Of a stretch of DNA of 64,000 nucleotides, positions 60,510 to 64,000 are shown piece by piece (the first letter of the stretch is position 1; the number at the start of each line of letters is the position of its first letter). This DNA is from Podarcis gaigeae. Taxonomy: Eukaryota. The notes under the pieces are model-generated. The model saw only the letters and a list, made by a program, of their open reading frames with translations, did not search any database and was not told where the DNA came from. The DNA lies in NCBI GenBank assembly GCA_964106915.2, contig OZ066925.1, one strand, 5' to 3'. A program made the position numbers and the translations under genes.

Positions 60510-61135
60510 TCCCCTTCTTTCATAACACTAGTAAGCTTAGAACTCTGGGGCATTCAGTGGAGCTGAATGTTGGAAGGTTCAGGACAGAAGAAATAAAACA
60601 TTTCTTCACCCAGTACAGCTGCAGAAACTGCTCCCCCACTAGAGGCAGTTTTGACTATCAGGTTGTATGGTTTTAAAGAGGATTAGGCAAATTGATGAAG
60701 GATAAAGCTTTCAGCAGATACTGAGTATGATGGTTACATTCTGCCTCCACTGGCAGAGTGAGTATGCTTCTGTTGTGCTCAGGTCCGGCTTTTCGGCTTC
60801 CCCAAAACCCCTGGCTATAACAGGATTCTGGACTAGATGTGCCTCCCCTCCCCCACGAGTGGTCTGGACGGTGGCAACACGAGAATGGGATTTTTCTGCA
60901 GGGGCTCCCTGTTTGTGGAATGCTTTCCCCAGGGAGGTTCAGCTGGCATCTTCATTATACCTTTAGGTGCCACCCTTTGGATGATTGACATTCAGTGCCC
61001 TTAAAAATGCGTTAGGAAGGGTGGTATTATTGGCTTGTTATTGTTTTTATTATGTACCGTATTATGTATTTTTATATTGTGATTTTATGTTGTGAACCGC
61101 CCTGAGATCTGTGGGTAAAAGGCAGTATACAAATT

Positions 61136-61183
<48 letters not shown>

Positions 61184-61215
61184 GACTATTGGCCTGGTCC
61201 ATCAGGCTGTTACTC
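60510..61215 (+). mobile_element. CR1 3' end with nested L2 3' fragment (~60840-61182)
   Basis: RTLGHSVELNVGRFRTEEIKHFFTQ (CR1 C-terminus). The CR1 tail ggactagatg|gactattggcctg is split by L2 (FSAGAPCLWNAFP...(AAT)n). Confidence 0.75.
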
Positions 61216-61311
61216 TCATGAACATTTTCAGTACTGTGTGTAGTTTGCAGGAAACAATAGTTACCTGACTAGGATAATGCAGCCATACGCAAATATAGCA
61301 CAATGCAGATA

Positions 61312-61661
61312 AAGGTAAAGGGACCCCTGATCATTAGGTCCAGTCGTGACCGACTCTGGGGTTGCGGCGCTCATCTCACTTTATTGGCCAAGGGAGCCGG
61401 CTTACAGCTTCCGGGTCATGTGGCCAGCATGACTAAGCCGCTTCTGGCAAACCAGAGCAGCACACGGAAATGTCGTTTACCTTCCCGCCGGAGCGGTACC
61501 TATTTATCTACTTGCACTCTGACGTGCTTTTGAACTGCTAGGTTGGCAGGAGCAGGGACCGAGCAACAGGAGCTCACCCCGTCGCTGGGATTCGAACCGC
61601 CCATCTTCTGATTGGCAAGTCCTAGGCTCTGTGGTTTAACCCACAGCGCCACCCGCGTCCC
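61312..61661 (-). mobile_element. Sauria SINE with 91-bp flanking direct repeat
   Basis: Full length; flanks 61221-61311 and 61662-61752 differ at 2 positions. Confidence 0.96.
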
Positions 61662-62694
61662 AACATTTTCAGTACTGAGTGTAGTTTGCAGGAAACAATA
61701 GTTACCTAACTAGGATAATGCAGCCATACGCAAATATAGCACAATGCAGATAGGGATGCCCAATAAAGATGATTTAGGATCGTGCATATTTAACATTTCA
61801 GACACTGTCTATAATTTTTAAGGGTTTTCAAACAATATGTTGTTATAGTAGGAGATATTCTCTTGCCTGTGAGTGTACATAGCATCAGTTTAAAAATTTG
61901 TCCAGGTCAGTGCAGATTATCTTGTTCAGGTGTTGGGTTCAGGTGGGAGCAGTAGTCTTTCCTTTTGCTTCTGTGTTAGTCTAGTCACTACATTATGTAT
62001 GTCTAAGAAAACATCTGGAGGTCCAAGGATTCTCCATTGCTGACTCATAGAAGGAACTTAAATGTGGAAATCTGAAACCTTATAGATAATTCTGTGTCAA
62101 GCTGTGAGAAAATGCATATATTTGTTCCTTTATTTTATCATTTGAATATGTGCTCTGTGCCTTCTTTTACAATACTAGCAGTTTTTTCCATCCAAAATAT
62201 CTAAAAGGTTATCAAGTTTGGACTCATGTCTGAAACTGGGGATTACTTAAAGCTTGTTTACATTTCCCCTCCTTTTTCTTTAGAAAGAGCCTCTTCTGCT
62301 ATTCTGTATCCAGCATTGCCTGTCTCCCTGATAAAATTAGAGGGAGGATTGTCTATGTAGGATTGAGGTGGTTAATTTCAGCTGTGCACTGTCCTGTTAA
62401 GTGGTTCTTACAGAGAGAAAGAATGTCACTGCTTGTCTTTTAGGCAGAAAGTGTTAATGTCCTTGTTGTTTTGTATGCCATCTGGAAGTGAAATTGATTT
62501 TCATTTGTCTTGCTGGTTCTGGTGAAGGGAAGAAATAATTGCACTACCTAATTCATCCTGTGTCTGGCAGATGCTTGAAGTGTTCCAAGTACCAGAACTG
62601 GGTTTTGCCGCTAGTATCCTTGATAAATTGCACCAAATCCTAATCTAGATTTTGTTGACCCATGTCTTGTTTGTAGTTGATTTTTTTAAAGCTA

Positions 62695-63164
62695 AACAAA
62701 GGTTCGTATAGTTAAAGCTATGGTTTTCCCAGTAGTGATGTATGGAAGTGAGAGCTGGACCATAAAGAAGGCTGATCGCCGAAGAATTGATGCTTTTGAA
62801 TTATGGTGCTGGAGGAGACTCTTGAGAGTCCCATGGACTGCAAGAAGATCAAACCTCTCCATACTGAAGGAAATCAACCCTGAGTGCTCACTGGAAGGAC
62901 AGATTGTGAAGCTGAGGCTCCAGTACTTTGGCCACCTCATGAGAAGAGAAGACTCCCTGGAGAACACCCTGATGTTGGGAAAGATGGAGGGCACAAGGAG
63001 AAGGGGATGGCAGAGGACGAGATGGTTGGATAGTGTTTTCGAGGTTACCAGCATGAGTTTGACCAAACTGCGGGAGGCAGTGGAGGACAGAGGTGCCTGG
63101 CGTTCTCTGGTCCATGGGCTCACGAAGAGTCGGACACGACTAAACGACTAAACAACAACAACAA
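62695..63164 (+). mobile_element. Bov-B (RTE clade) LINE 3' fragment
   Basis: Uninterrupted frame MVFPVVMYGSESWTIKKA...FELWCWRRLLRVPWTARRSN...QYFGHLMRR..SLE; (CAA)n tail. Confidence 0.96.
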
Positions 63165-63527
63165 AGTGGGTTGTGGTTTTTGGTCTAGACTCAGAGAACA
63201 GTAGTTGTAAATCTCTGGTTCTGCCTTGGAAATATTGTTCCTTCTCCTGCAAGGGTATTACAAAACAAGTGCAGCAAACCCATCAAATGCAGCCGGGCAT
63301 CTGCCATGTTCACGTAAGATGCAGTTTCTCTATCCAATGTGATTCTGTGTTAAAGAGGAGCACCTGATGTATTCATCAACATTGCCTTAATGAGCTACTT
63401 ATACTTTAATATATTTATGATTTATGGTATTAAAAGCTCCTCTGCATTCTTTGCACTTGCCTTTGAAAATTCATTCTGAGTGCAATATAATAACAAATAA
63501 AGTAAGCAGAATCTTTTGAGACCTATA

Positions 63528-63690
63528 CAGTGGACCCTTGGGTTACACTGGATACGTAATCTTCAGGTTGCGAAAGCGGCAAACCTGGAAGTGTATTCTT
63601 CTGGGTTTCACTGCTTGTGCATGTGCAGAAGCAGCGCCTCTGGTTACAGACCCCTGAAATGAATTAAATTCAGAACCAGAGGGTCCACTG
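63528..63690. mobile_element. Tc1/mariner MITE
   Basis: TA TSDs; TIRs CAGTGGACCCT / AGGGTCCACTG. Confidence 0.85.
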
Positions 63691-64000
63691 TACCATCTTT
63701 AGAAGATACACTTTCTTGTTCCATAGCCACTGGCTACCCAGATCTGCAGTGCTATTCTTCTGGGCTCTACCATCATAAGCACATCACTATTAGGAGCCTT
63801 CCGTGCAGGCGGCATGTTACTGCCTGAGGAATGTCTCATCCTAGTCATCTGATTATGTTCATTGGATCAGTTTATACATGAACTGAGAATTTATTTAATA
63901 GTCCTTCATGTTATGCTGTGTTCTACTTAGAAAAAAAAGGTGCCTTTTTCTACATACTCCAATGAGATCAATATATAAATAAATTTATAAATATAAAACA

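Noticed and set aside
28216-61533. Recurrent ORFs containing [11 protein letters not shown] / HVASMTKPLLANQSS
   Set aside because: Antisense translations of Sauria SINE copies, not a gene family.

Overview
Eukaryotic genomic DNA from a squamate reptile, most likely a lacertid lizard (inferred from Sauria SINEs, Bov-B, and squamate L2/CR1/hAT/Tc1-mariner repeats). Two + strand protein-coding genes are partly present. (1) The last two coding exons and 3' UTR of a PTTG1IP-family gene (928-974 and 6066-6115, spliced ...KHERKVKHDEIRKKYG/LLQDSDHPYSRYENE*); its position just upstream of CDK14 suggests the PTTG1IP2 locus. (2) The CpG-island promoter, first coding exon (23399-23498) and 32-nt second exon (32834-32865) of CDK14/PFTK1, followed by more than 31 kb of intron 2. 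The rest is intronic or intergenic and repeat-rich, with one assembly gap (38058-38193). Nearly all ORF-track entries are spurious or repeat-derived. The most notable hypothesis is that the penultimate PTTG1IP-like exon splices in frame to CDK14 exon 2, so a read-through transcript would encode a transmembrane-anchored CDK14. Other observations: a splice acceptor just before the CDK14 ATG with a candidate in-frame upstream exon, a tandem frameshifting donor, a 91-bp SINE target-site duplication, an L2/SINE chimera, a solo LTR in a nested insertion, a fossil hammerhead ribozyme, a foldback hairpin and a MITE tandem array beside the CDK14 promoter. Gene and repeat names come from recalled sequences, not database searches; repeat boundaries are approximate unless TSDs or TIRs are quoted.
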